This document shows positions 16,233-24,857 of a stretch of 26,589 nucleotides of DNA, piece after piece; the first letter of the stretch is position 1, and each line of letters starts with the position of its first letter. Location of the stretch: positions 1 through 26,589 of the IMG/VR virus record IMGVR_UViG_3300049137_000137. One strand, 5' to 3'. The position numbers were made by a program, and so were the translations under genes. The notes beneath the pieces were generated by a model. The model ran no database searches. It saw nothing but the letters and a program-made list of their open reading frames with translations, and was not told the origin of the DNA. Source of the DNA: a virus (taxonomy: Duplodnaviria; Caudoviricetes).

Positions 16233-16424
16233 TCAGCTCTCCTTGCTTCCGGCCGCGCCGGCAGTCGTCTTTTTCGCGGGGACGGCCGGAGCCGCGGTCG
16301 CGGGCGGCACGTCCTGGTTGGCGTCGGCTTGGACGAGGAGGCCCTGCCGCTTCAGGTCGAGGTATTCGGCGTCGTCGACGTCGATCTCCCGGTCGGGCTG
16401 CATGGTGGTGCGGACGGTCGGCAT
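16233..16424 (-). CDS. Small hypothetical protein with Ala/Pro/Lys-rich tail
   Basis: TGATG coupling to the upstream gene; fills the gap before the major tail gene. Confidence 0.7.
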   Translation of the reverse strand: MPTVRTTMQPDREIDVDDAEYLDLKRQGLLVQADANQDVPPATAAPAVPAKKTTAGAAGSKES

Positions 16425-16651
16425 CAGCGGTACGCCTCTCTCCGGATGGGGAACTGGTGGTGGGAGAACTGCGGATGGAAGCGCAGCTCGATCGTCTGCT
16501 CGGGCGGGATACTCCGCGGGCAGTCGACGATGCGGATGTCGCCGGTCAGCAGGAACTCCAGCTCGCCCCGGCTGCTGTGGACGATGACGCGCCCGTTCCA
16601 GGTGAGGAGGTCTCCGCCAAGGGCGGCGTCTTGGATGGCGTACCGACTCAT
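16424..16651 (-). CDS. Hypothetical protein (75 aa, MSRYAIQDAALGG...)
   Basis: ATG at 16651 overlaps the upstream stop (ATGA) and follows GGAGG. The longer start in the ORF track overlaps the upstream gene. Confidence 0.7.
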   Translation of the reverse strand: MSRYAIQDAALGGDLLTWNGRVIVHSSRGELEFLLTGDIRIVDCPRSIPPEQTIELRFHPQFSHHQFPIRREAYR

Positions 16652-17097
16652 GCGGCCACCTCCGTCCAGGCGATGACGAGACCGGGGATGAGGTAGTGGG
16701 CGTATGACGACGGGTCGTCGGGCATGCGCCGGTGTTCGCCAGTGGTGTACGCGGACAGCACCCGCGCGGCCGGGTAGCCAGCGGGGAGGGCGACGGTCTG
16801 CGGGATCGCCGGGTGGTCGTAGCAGGCGGCCTGGATCGCCTCGGCGAGCGCGGCGGCCTTGTTCCACGGCGGCTTTTGGCTGTCGGGGTTGAAGGCCCAG
16901 CAGTCGATGCTCATGACGGGCTCGCGCAGCGGCACGTACAGGTTGGGGGTGCCGCCTGTGCTGACGAGGGTGCAGAACCCGGACGCCGCCCACGACGTGT
17001 TGTCCTTGGGCAGGGTCGTGGCCACACGGTCGCCGACGACCGTCTTGAGCCAGGCGGTGGCGACGAGTTCGGGGGTGGCCCGCAGTTGGAGGCTCAT
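16648..17097 (-). CDS. Tail terminator / tail completion protein
   Basis: Gene order and size. GGTPNLYVPLREPVMSIDCWA resembles actinophage tail terminators. Confidence 0.7.
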   Translation of the reverse strand: MSLQLRATPELVATAWLKTVVGDRVATTLPKDNTSWAASGFCTLVSTGGTPNLYVPLREPVMSIDCWAFNPDSQKPPWNKAAALAEAIQAACYDHPAIPQTVALPAGYPAARVLSAYTTGEHRRMPDDPSSYAHYLIPGLVIAWTEVAA

Positions 17098-17465
17098 GCG
17101 GTCCTCCGCTGGAACAGAGCGGGCCGCAAAAACGGCTGGGCCGCGCGCGCCGGGAGGTTGACCTTCTTCACCGGGTGGTCGGCGCCGGGCCAGTACAGGG
17201 CCTGCTTGAACCGGGGGGTGATCGTCATGGGGGGCAGGCCCATTTCGATGGCCTGGCAGTAGTTGACGTCCAGCGAGCCGACGCGGAGAACCTTGCTGTG
17301 GACCTCGGCGCGCAGCGAGTCGTGCAGGCGGCTGGTCTGCTTGGGGACGAAGTCCTTGGCGTCGGAGAGGATCGCGTCGCCGATGACGTCCTGAAGCCAG
17401 TCGTTGATCGCCGCGTCAACGTGCGCGCGCCCTGAGGGGTCGATCCGCACACCGGATCGCGCCAT
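17094..17465 (-). CDS. HK97 gp10-like neck/tail completion protein
   Basis: AKDFVPKQTSRLHDS, YCQAIEMG and AQPFLRPAL follow the gp10-family pattern. Confidence 0.8.
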   Translation of the reverse strand: MARSGVRIDPSGRAHVDAAINDWLQDVIGDAILSDAKDFVPKQTSRLHDSLRAEVHSKVLRVGSLDVNYCQAIEMGLPPMTITPRFKQALYWPGADHPVKKVNLPARAAQPFLRPALFQRRTA

Positions 17466-17537
17466 GGCCGCCTCCTCTCCGAAGCCGGTCTCGTACTCGT
17501 GGCCGCCCGGTCTCCCCAGGCATGTGGCCCTGTTCTG

Positions 17538-17867
17538 TTAGGTCGTGCGCCGAAGGTCCAGCCGCCGGTCCACCTCGATCGCCGGGTTGTCCATCCCGGA
17601 GACGGCTTCGACGATGTACTTCGCACCGGTGCGCTCATCGAGCACCCGGTCTTGATCGGTCACGTCGGTTCGGGCCGGAACCCGCGCGACGGCGTAGCGG
17701 ACGATCCTCGGCGTGGGGTTGTCGCGAGTCGTGACCCTGCGGGACTGCTCCACCAGCGACGCCGGGATTCCCGTGTAGACGGGGGTGTCGGTGTCCTTCT
17801 CGTCGTCGTAGGCGTCGGTCTCCGTACCCCGCAGGATGCTGACCTGGGTGTTCGCGATGGCCTGCAT
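17538..17867 (-). CDS. Head-to-tail stopper / head closure protein
   Basis: ATG at 17867 is coupled to the upstream stop (TGATG). VSILRG..DAYDD and DVTDQDRV; gene order. Confidence 0.7.
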   Translation of the reverse strand: MQAIANTQVSILRGTETDAYDDEKDTDTPVYTGIPASLVEQSRRVTTRDNPTPRIVRYAVARVPARTDVTDQDRVLDERTGAKYIVEAVSGMDNPAIEVDRRLDLRRTT

Positions 17868-18310
17868 CAGCCACCACCCCGGTACGGCGCCCACACCAGC
17901 GAGTCATCCGCCGCATCCGAGAGGACGTTCCCGACCGGGCCCGACCCCTCGACAGCGGACCGGATGTGCACGGTCCGCGACCGCATCCACGACACCCGCC
18001 TGAGCGCCCGAGCGGCCATCGGCGCGAGGACCAGGCCGTCGCCCGTGAGCGTGGTCGAGACCTGGTCCTGCTGGATCTGCGTGGCATCCAGCCGCGTCTC
18101 CAACCCGAACTGGCCCGCGGCCCACGCTGCTTGGTAGGCGACGGCCTGGCCCAGCCAGTGCAGGTCCCGCGTCCGGATCCGCGTCGTGTCGGCGTAGATC
18201 CGGTTCGTGAAGACCTGAATCGCGGCCTGCGCCTGGGCAAGCTGCGCATCGGTCACCGACACACCCGTGGTGTCCAAGACCTGCTGCGCGGTAGCCCAGG
18301 CGTCGACCAT
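17867..18310 (-). CDS. Head-to-tail adaptor
   Basis: WATAQQV N-terminus, AVAYQAAW; gene order after the capsid. Confidence 0.7.
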   Translation of the reverse strand: MVDAWATAQQVLDTTGVSVTDAQLAQAQAAIQVFTNRIYADTTRIRTRDLHWLGQAVAYQAAWAAGQFGLETRLDATQIQQDQVSTTLTGDGLVLAPMAARALRRVSWMRSRTVHIRSAVEGSGPVGNVLSDAADDSLVWAPYRGGG

Positions 18311-18312
18311 GA

Positions 18313-18774
18313 CTACGCCTCCGGCTTGCTGCTGCTGGTGTCGCCGCCAGCAGCCTCGATGACGTCACGCGGGGTGGTGGTGTCCTCGGGGTGGTGGTCC
18401 ACCGAGGCAGGGACGGTGTCGACGGAGTACGTCAGCGTCAGCGACAGCCCGTCGGGGTGGTCCTCGGAGCCGTCGAAGCTGATGTCGCCGCGCGGGTGGA
18501 GTCCACGCTGGATCGCCTCGTTCGCGACACCAGCCTTGTTCGCCTCGTGCTGGTACTCCTCGCCCGTCCAATCCCTGCCCAGGACGACGAACTCCTTCAC
18601 GAAGCGCGTGCCCTCACTGCCGTCCGCGGACCGCTTGTCGACCTCAACCTCGGGCGCGCCAGCCTTCGCAGGGAACTGCTCCTGCTCAAGCCGCTCGCGC
18701 TCGCTCGCGGCCGGGGCCTGCTTCTGTTCGGCCTTGTCTGCGGGCTTGCTGCTGGTGGTCTTCCTCGCTGCCAT
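18313..18774 (-). CDS. Hypothetical head-module protein
   Basis: GGAGG RBS; directly after the capsid gene; low-complexity N-terminus. Confidence 0.7.
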   Translation of the reverse strand: MAARKTTSSKPADKAEQKQAPAASERERLEQEQFPAKAGAPEVEVDKRSADGSEGTRFVKEFVVLGRDWTGEEYQHEANKAGVANEAIQRGLHPRGDISFDGSEDHPDGLSLTLTYSVDTVPASVDHHPEDTTTPRDVIEAAGGDTSSSKPEA

Positions 18775-18791
18775 GGCTCACCTCCCTGCCG

Positions 18792-18823
18792 GCCGTGCCG
18801 CCCTGAGCCAAGGACGGCACGGC
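18792..18823 (-). terminator. Stem-loop after the major capsid gene (terminator or mRNA stabiliser)
   Basis: mRNA GCCGUGCCGUCCU-UGGCUC-AGGGCGGCACGGC forms a 13-bp stem with one G-U pair. No U-tract. Confidence 0.7.
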
Positions 18824-18835
18824 GTATGGGGGTGG

Positions 18836-19750
18836 TTAGCCGACGAGGATCGACGCGCCGGCGGGGTGGCCGTAGGCGAAGCCGCGGCGGGCGCGCATCT
18901 TGAGGATGGACTCGTCGGTGAGCGCGGACAGTCCGTCGCGGCCGTCGATGAACACGGACTCGGGGCCGGAGCGGACGCCGAGGAGGAGGAGCTCGGGGTT
19001 GACGAACGCCATGATCGGGCGGCCGGTCGGCGCGCTGGTGGCGGTCGCGGACAGCTTCGCGCCGAGGGACCAGCGGACCGGGACGCTGAAGATGGTGTCG
19101 GGGGTGCCGGACAGGCCCTCCATGAAGATGGGCCGGTTCTGGTCGTCCAGGACACCGCGCAGGCTCTTGCGGAACGCGGGGTGGGCGATCGCAACCATGT
19201 TGCCGGGGTCGAAGTAGTCGCCTGCTTCGACATCGCCGATGGCGGTGGAGAACTCCGCGTACGTCGGGGCGCCCGCGCTGGAGGCGGTGGTGATGTTGTC
19301 GCCGCCGGTGTAGCTGAGGTCGGAGTCGGTGGTGTTCAGCAGCTGGTAGAGGCTGGTGAACGGGATGGTCGTACCGTTCGAGGCCGCCGACACTGCGAGG
19401 GACGCGTTGTCGATCATCTTGGCGTAGGACTTGCCCCAGCCGACCATCTTCGAGTCGATGATGTTCGCGACGGAGTCGTCGATGTCCTCTTCGGCGATCC
19501 GGACGGCCTTGCCGAACTTCCTCGCCGTGAGGAGGACTTCGTCGTTGAGGCTGACGTCCTCGCCGTACGTGCCGCCCTTGGCCACGACGTCCACACCCAT
19601 GCCCGCGGTACGCGGGACGTGCTTGGTGTCGGAGCCCATGGGGATGCGGGAGGCGAGCGCCTCGACCGCAGACAGCTGGTTGATGGACTGGATGACCCTG
19701 GACGTTTCCCACTCTTCGGGGATCCAGGCCTCAAGGGTATTGCGAGCCAC
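18836..19750 (-). CDS. Major capsid protein (HK97 fold)
   Basis: WIPEEW, EVLLTARKFGKAVRIAEEDIDDS, LRGVLDDQNRPIF and ILKMRARRGF; AGGAGG RBS. Confidence 0.95.
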   Translation of the reverse strand: MARNTLEAWIPEEWETSRVIQSINQLSAVEALASRIPMGSDTKHVPRTAGMGVDVVAKGGTYGEDVSLNDEVLLTARKFGKAVRIAEEDIDDSVANIIDSKMVGWGKSYAKMIDNASLAVSAASNGTTIPFTSLYQLLNTTDSDLSYTGGDNITTASSAGAPTYAEFSTAIGDVEAGDYFDPGNMVAIAHPAFRKSLRGVLDDQNRPIFMEGLSGTPDTIFSVPVRWSLGAKLSATATSAPTGRPIMAFVNPELLLLGVRSGPESVFIDGRDGLSALTDESILKMRARRGFAYGHPAGASILVG

Positions 19751-19882
19751 GGTGGCCCTCCTGTGGGCGCGTGATGGGGAAGCTGACGGGCTCGGGCCCC
19801 ATCACGGGCGCCTACAAGCGAGGGCGGTGGTCTACTCCGATCACCGGAGCAATTCACCTGGTGATGAATATACCTGTGGGCG

Positions 19883-20596
19883 TCAAGCCCTGCCGAGGAT
19901 CCGGTTCGCATGGATCTCGGCTGTGCTCTTCGGCTTCTCCGCCGCGGCCGGACGAGGGGCGCCCGTCGGACGCGCCTTCGGCTTCGGCTTCTCCTGCTGC
20001 ACGAACTCCGGATAGTCGGACCTCATCCGGTCCACCTCCGACTCCACGCCCAGCAGCGCCCCTTCGTCATCGACGGACAGGGCCTCCCAGTCGACCAGCT
20101 TCATGAGCCGGTCCGGGCTCGCGAACCCCGCCTCGATGAGAGCCGCCTTCATCCCCGAGCGCTTCATCGGCTCCCGGTACCGCTTCTCGCCCTCCTCGCG
20201 GGCTTCGCGCAACGCCTTCTCGTGCTCGGTCTCGTCGCCGCGGGCCTTCTCCTCCAGCTCCTTGTTGCGGAGCCGGTGTCGCTTGGCGTCGTCGTTGGCC
20301 TTCTTCAACGCTGCCTGGGTGCGCGCCCACTCGTCCTTGGATGGGGGCTTGAAGTCGTCGGGCTTGTCGTCCTTGGCCGGGGGCTTCGGCTTCGGCGTCT
20401 CCTCCGGCTCCGGCTCGTCGACAGGCTCGGGCTCGTCGTCCGGGGTGTCGTCGACCTCGACCTCGATGTCCGGCTCGTCGTCGGTCTCGGCGCCACCGGC
20501 GATCGGGTAGATCGGACGCCCGTCCGCGCGGTAGCCGAGGATCGTGCCGGGCGGCACGCTGATGCCGTCCATCTCAGGGTTGGGGTGGATGCCCAT
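19883..20596 (-). CDS. Capsid scaffolding protein
   Basis: Acidic/Pro-rich N-terminus, coiled coil LKKANDDAKRHRLRNKELEE, position before the capsid gene. Confidence 0.85.
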   Translation of the reverse strand: MGIHPNPEMDGISVPPGTILGYRADGRPIYPIAGGAETDDEPDIEVEVDDTPDDEPEPVDEPEPEETPKPKPPAKDDKPDDFKPPSKDEWARTQAALKKANDDAKRHRLRNKELEEKARGDETEHEKALREAREEGEKRYREPMKRSGMKAALIEAGFASPDRLMKLVDWEALSVDDEGALLGVESEVDRMRSDYPEFVQQEKPKPKARPTGAPRPAAAEKPKSTAEIHANRILGRA

Positions 20597-20648
20597 GGTG
20601 TTCTCCCATCACGGGGATTGGCGGCGGCCCATCCTCGGGCGCCGGGGT

Positions 20649-21665
20649 CTATGCGGCAGTCGTGAAACGGCCAGTACGTAGGGCGCGGCGGGCGCGAGCA
20701 TCAACAGCAGGCAGCAGATCTGGTTCGGTCCGCAGAAGTTCACGAACAGCCCGCAGTCGGGCCGCGCGGGACTCCGACGGACGGGCGCGACCGTAGGCGA
20801 TCGACCGGTGCGCTTCCCGCCGTAGAGCCAGCGGGAACGGAATGCCGGAAGCCACCCACGCGTCATCCCACGGGACGGTGCGGCAGCGGCAGTTCCCGTG
20901 CAGCGGCGGCCCCTCCACCATCGCCGCGCCGATGCGGCGCTGCCGGGGATCCCACGACAGGCCGCCGGGGAAGTTCTCGCCGGCGGGGGCGGTACGGCCG
21001 GTGTAGGCCAGGCAACGCGTGCATGCATCCGCCTCCGACACCCACAGGCGCAGCGGCGCCGACGCGCGGGCCACTGCGTCCAGGCCCTCACGGACTGCAG
21101 TGTTCACCACCCACGCGATATGCGCCCGGACCGCAGGAAGCGCAGCACGGGCCGCGCCCACGCCGGCGAGAAGGTGCGTCCACCGGGTTACACGGTCCGG
21201 GTGCAGCAGGAACAGTGCGCGGTCGCGGCGCTCACGCACCATGTCCCCAACCCGCTGCGCCTCCGCCCGCAGCAGACGGCCCACCCGCGGCACCACAGGA
21301 GCACGCGGGCTACGCCCGGACGCTTCCCGTACGAACGCCACACCCTGCGCCACGCCCAGCGCCAAGGCCTGACCGAGGACACCCTCCAGCGCGGTCGAAC
21401 TCCGGGACGCTATCTCGTCAAGGACCTGACGGGCCGCGGCGCGCGCGGCCGCCAGGATCCGGCGCAGCACATCCCCGGCCTCGGCCGGCTGGTCTGCGCC
21501 GCCGAACGCGGTGATCCATGCCGACAGGGTTCGCCGGATCAGCGCCTCGAACGCTTCCTCGCTGTCGCCGAGCACCGTGCCGGCGACACCGTCTTCCAGG
21601 TCCATGACGTCGCTGGTGTGGTCGTTCTGGACGAGCCGGGCGAGATCACTGCTGCGGTATGGCAT
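20649..21665 (-). CDS. Phage Mu gpF-like head morphogenesis / minor capsid protein
   Basis: ATG at 21665 is coupled to the portal stop. WVSEADACTRC...PPLHGNCRC motif. Confidence 0.8.
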   Translation of the reverse strand: MPYRSSDLARLVQNDHTSDVMDLEDGVAGTVLGDSEEAFEALIRRTLSAWITAFGGADQPAEAGDVLRRILAAARAAARQVLDEIASRSSTALEGVLGQALALGVAQGVAFVREASGRSPRAPVVPRVGRLLRAEAQRVGDMVRERRDRALFLLHPDRVTRWTHLLAGVGAARAALPAVRAHIAWVVNTAVREGLDAVARASAPLRLWVSEADACTRCLAYTGRTAPAGENFPGGLSWDPRQRRIGAAMVEGPPLHGNCRCRTVPWDDAWVASGIPFPLALRREAHRSIAYGRARPSESRAARLRAVRELLRTEPDLLPAVDARARRALRTGRFTTAA

Positions 21666-23203
21666 CAGCCCGCCTCCTGCGCCCCGGCGAGGACTTCGAG
21701 ATCGGACAGGGCACCGGCCAGCAGGGCCTTCGCCTGGTCGTCGGAGATGACGCCAAGGGTGGTGGCCGTGCCAAGTTTCTGAGCGGAGTCGGCGAGGGAC
21801 GCGAGGATGTCCACGCGGCGTTGCAGCTCGGCGTCGTCCACACCCGACAGCCACTGGTCGACCTGCTCGGCGCGGTATCCGGCCTCCATGAGTGCTTGGC
21901 GTCGCGGCACCCCGGCCTCGATCTTCGCCTTGACGGTCTGCCAGCCCTGCGCGGACGTCACAGAGCGGGCGGGCACCCAGTCCACCGTCACCACCGGATC
22001 CTCAACGCCGAGGCGGCGCAGGGCGAACACGAACGCCTCATGCAGGCTGGCGCCGTAGGAGGTCTGCCGGTTTTCGACCTTGCTGACGAACGGTCCGTCT
22101 TCCTCGCGGTAGGACTCGCCGGAGCGCTGGCTGGACTGCGGGTCGAACATGCGCAGCGGGGTGTCGGTGATCTGCGCCATCGCCCGCACGTTGAAGTTGA
22201 TCGGGTCGAGGAACACGTCCGGGTTCGCAGCGTCGAACTGGCCGACCTGCTTGAAGCCGCGCAGCAGCCACATCTCGCCCGGCCCGGCTTTCAGACTGCT
22301 GTCGTCGCCCGAGTCGGAGGGGCCTGCACCGCTGTCGTTGGGCGGCCAGTCATCGTCGTCGAAGTCGCCGGGCTCCAGATCTGAGGTGTCGGTGTTCGCG
22401 GCGTCGGTGAGGGCGTACCGCTGGGGAGCGCCCTGGTAGTCGACGGTGCCCATGTGGGTGGCCTGAAGCTTGGTGATGGCGTTCTGCGGGCCGTACGCGC
22501 CGTAGTGCTCGGGCACTCCGTACGGTCGGTCGGTGCGGAAGTGGAAGACGGGCTGCTCGCCCCAGTCGTGGTCGAGCAGCCACGACTCGGAGTCCTCGGG
22601 GTCGGCGGGCCAGTGCAGCCAGTCGTTGGGCTTGGAGCCGTCGGATCCCTTGGCCGTGGTCCAGCGTTCGGTGCGGTCGTCATACAGCAGTTCGGCGCGC
22701 TGGTAGGGGCCGTCGCACCACTTCTTGATCGTGAACGCTTTGCGGCGCGGATTGTCCTCGCTGTAGATCACGCGGACGGTCTGCGGGGAGTTGTAGAACA
22801 TCTCGACCCGGACGACGTTCTCGCCTCGGTCGTCGTAGACCGGCAGCACCATCAGGTAGGCGTCGCCGTACTCGCCAGCCTTGCGGATCAGGTCGGGCAT
22901 CTCCAGGTTGAGCTGGTTGTCCTGCCAGATCTTCGAGATGAGTTCGTTGGTCGCATCGTTGGGGCTGGTGATTGACGCGACCTTCAGGCGGTTGGTGATG
23001 GCGTTGACGGGGGTCTTGGCGAAGTTCAGGTCGAAGTCGATGTCCTTCGCGGCGAGCGCGCGGCGGATGCGGGTGGAGACGAAGACTTCGGGGACTTTGC
23101 CGTCGTAGTAGGTCTGGGCCTTGTCGTAGCCGGGCCGGGCCTTGGCCAGTTCGGCGATGCCGTGCATGAGGTCGGCTCGGGGGTCGACCGACTCGTCATC
23201 CAA
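21665..23203 (-). CDS. Portal protein (SPP1 gp6-like)
   Basis: YYDG, NFAKTPVNAITNRL, IWQDNQL, YGDAYLMV; follows TerL; TTG start after GGAGG. Confidence 0.92.
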   Translation of the reverse strand: MDDESVDPRADLMHGIAELAKARPGYDKAQTYYDGKVPEVFVSTRIRRALAAKDIDFDLNFAKTPVNAITNRLKVASITSPNDATNELISKIWQDNQLNLEMPDLIRKAGEYGDAYLMVLPVYDDRGENVVRVEMFYNSPQTVRVIYSEDNPRRKAFTIKKWCDGPYQRAELLYDDRTERWTTAKGSDGSKPNDWLHWPADPEDSESWLLDHDWGEQPVFHFRTDRPYGVPEHYGAYGPQNAITKLQATHMGTVDYQGAPQRYALTDAANTDTSDLEPGDFDDDDWPPNDSGAGPSDSGDDSSLKAGPGEMWLLRGFKQVGQFDAANPDVFLDPINFNVRAMAQITDTPLRMFDPQSSQRSGESYREEDGPFVSKVENRQTSYGASLHEAFVFALRRLGVEDPVVTVDWVPARSVTSAQGWQTVKAKIEAGVPRRQALMEAGYRAEQVDQWLSGVDDAELQRRVDILASLADSAQKLGTATTLGVISDDQAKALLAGALSDLEVLAGAQEAG

Positions 23204-23222
23204 TGCGACCTCCCAGCCGTGG

Positions 23223-23241
23223 CCTTTGAATCGAAGGATAG
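23223..23241 (-). promoter_or_regulatory. Putative late promoter/operator CTATCCTTCGATTCAAAGG upstream of portal
   Basis: 17/19 identical to the motif upstream of TerS; contains a TANNNT -10-like hexamer (TATCCT). Confidence 0.6.
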
Positions 23242-23304
23242 ACGGTCATTCGAGTCGCATCATCTACCCGGAGGTGATGTCTGTACCTGCGATGTAGGGA
23301 AGCT

Positions 23305-24855
23305 TCAGGCGTAGGAGGTCTTCGAAGCCGACGGCGCGGCCTTCTTCTCCGGCGGAATGAACCGGCGGATGGCGCTCCCCGCAGCGTCGACAAGGTCGTC
23401 GTGAGGGGCCTTCGGGAACGCGCACATCTGCTCCTCCAACTCCCGCAACCGCCTGGCGTGCAGGACGCGGCCACGCTGGTAGTAGCCCAGCACCCCCTCC
23501 GCGCGCACGAACTTCGGCTCCACCTGCGACACCGGCTTCACCTTCACCGGCATGCCGTGCAAGATCGCCTTCCACACGTCATGCCCCTGGTTCACCTCAA
23601 CGAGAATGAGCCCGATCCGCGGCCACTCGTCCAGCAGCGCCAGCACCCGCTCCCGCAGCTGCTCGCCCGGCGGGATCTTCACCGCGAGCGCCTCGTGCAC
23701 CGTGCAGCGGTGGGTCTGCGCTGACCACGACACCACCGCAAGCCCTGTGAAGTCACTGCTGCGCTTCGCCGTCACCGCCGGGTCGATCGACAGCATCATG
23801 TGCGTGACCGGGTCCGGGCCTTCGTCTCCGGGGTAGCGGAAGTCGTCCGGCGTCCACAGGTCTCCGTCCGCACCCATTGGGTCGTTGGCGTAGTTCTTCG
23901 CGAACGACCTGGTGTGCTCGATCGACTTGAGGTAGGCGAGCGGCCACTTCGCTGGCCACACGCTCCGCTCGTACCCGCCGGCCGTCTTGATGATCGGCGG
24001 GGTGTAGTGCGCCGCAAGCCCTTCGTCGCGGATCCATTCCGCAGTCTCGACGCCACGGGCGTGCTTCACCAGCTGATGGATGACGCTGCCGGGCATGGTG
24101 ACGGTGCCGGAGATGACGACGCGGGCGTACACGTTCAGCGGGAGGATCGCGTCGACGAGCGTGGTACGCCGCTTCCGCGCCAGCTCGGGACTGTAGCTGC
24201 TCTCGTCCGGCTCGATGTCGTCGCACAACAGGAGGTCGGGCCGCTGCTCGCCCACCTTCATGCCGAGACTGGAAGAGTCGATACCGCGGGCCGCGAACAC
24301 GAAGCCACTGGCGGCGATGTACATCGACTGCGTGTCCGCGACGTTCGACCCAGACGGGCGTTTCGCCGGCGCGCAGAGGTCGTCGTAGTCGCGGCGGAGG
24401 AGTTCGTTGCCGTCGATCTCTTTCTTGAAGGTGGCGAGGTGTGTCTCGGCCTGGGTGGCTGAGGCGGCGAAGGCTGCGGCGAACCGGATGTGGCCGTGGG
24501 CGGCGGCCCACATGGGCAGGATGAGGAACCACCAGGTCGACTTGCCCATGTTGCGGGGGGCAATGTAGGCGTTGCGGCTTTCGCTCGGCTGGGTGATGGG
24601 GCGCGCCCAGGTGCGGGCGGCGCGGCACCAGTCGAGGTGTGCGTCGCCGAATGTGATCTGGCCTTCCTCGTCTTTGAGGTGGTGGCGGAGGTAGACGAGC
24701 GCGAACAGCATCGGGTCCAGGCGGGTCAGTACCTGGCGGCCTTCGGGGTCGGCGAGGAGGCGTTCGTCGAACTGGGTCAGGTAGGTGCCGAGGTCGAAGG
24801 TTTCGGCGTCCAGGCCTTCGAGGTAGCCGGCCTGGGGCGGGGCGGCCGTGGTCAC
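23305..24855 (-). CDS. terL: Terminase large subunit
   Basis: Walker A APRNMGKST, Walker B LLLCDDIE, nuclease LSIDPA and FPKAPHDDLVDA. Confidence 0.95.
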   Translation of the reverse strand: MTTAAPPQAGYLEGLDAETFDLGTYLTQFDERLLADPEGRQVLTRLDPMLFALVYLRHHLKDEEGQITFGDAHLDWCRAARTWARPITQPSESRNAYIAPRNMGKSTWWFLILPMWAAAHGHIRFAAAFAASATQAETHLATFKKEIDGNELLRRDYDDLCAPAKRPSGSNVADTQSMYIAASGFVFAARGIDSSSLGMKVGEQRPDLLLCDDIEPDESSYSPELARKRRTTLVDAILPLNVYARVVISGTVTMPGSVIHQLVKHARGVETAEWIRDEGLAAHYTPPIIKTAGGYERSVWPAKWPLAYLKSIEHTRSFAKNYANDPMGADGDLWTPDDFRYPGDEGPDPVTHMMLSIDPAVTAKRSSDFTGLAVVSWSAQTHRCTVHEALAVKIPPGEQLRERVLALLDEWPRIGLILVEVNQGHDVWKAILHGMPVKVKPVSQVEPKFVRAEGVLGYYQRGRVLHARRLRELEEQMCAFPKAPHDDLVDAAGSAIRRFIPPEKKAAPSASKTSYA

Positions 24856-24857
24856 AG

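Noticed and set aside
20649-21854. 401-aa version of the Mu gpF-like ORF, and similarly extended starts at 524, 2530, 16993 and 17894
   Set aside because: Extensions overlap upstream genes; coupled starts at 21665, 563, 2587, 16651 and 17867 fit better.
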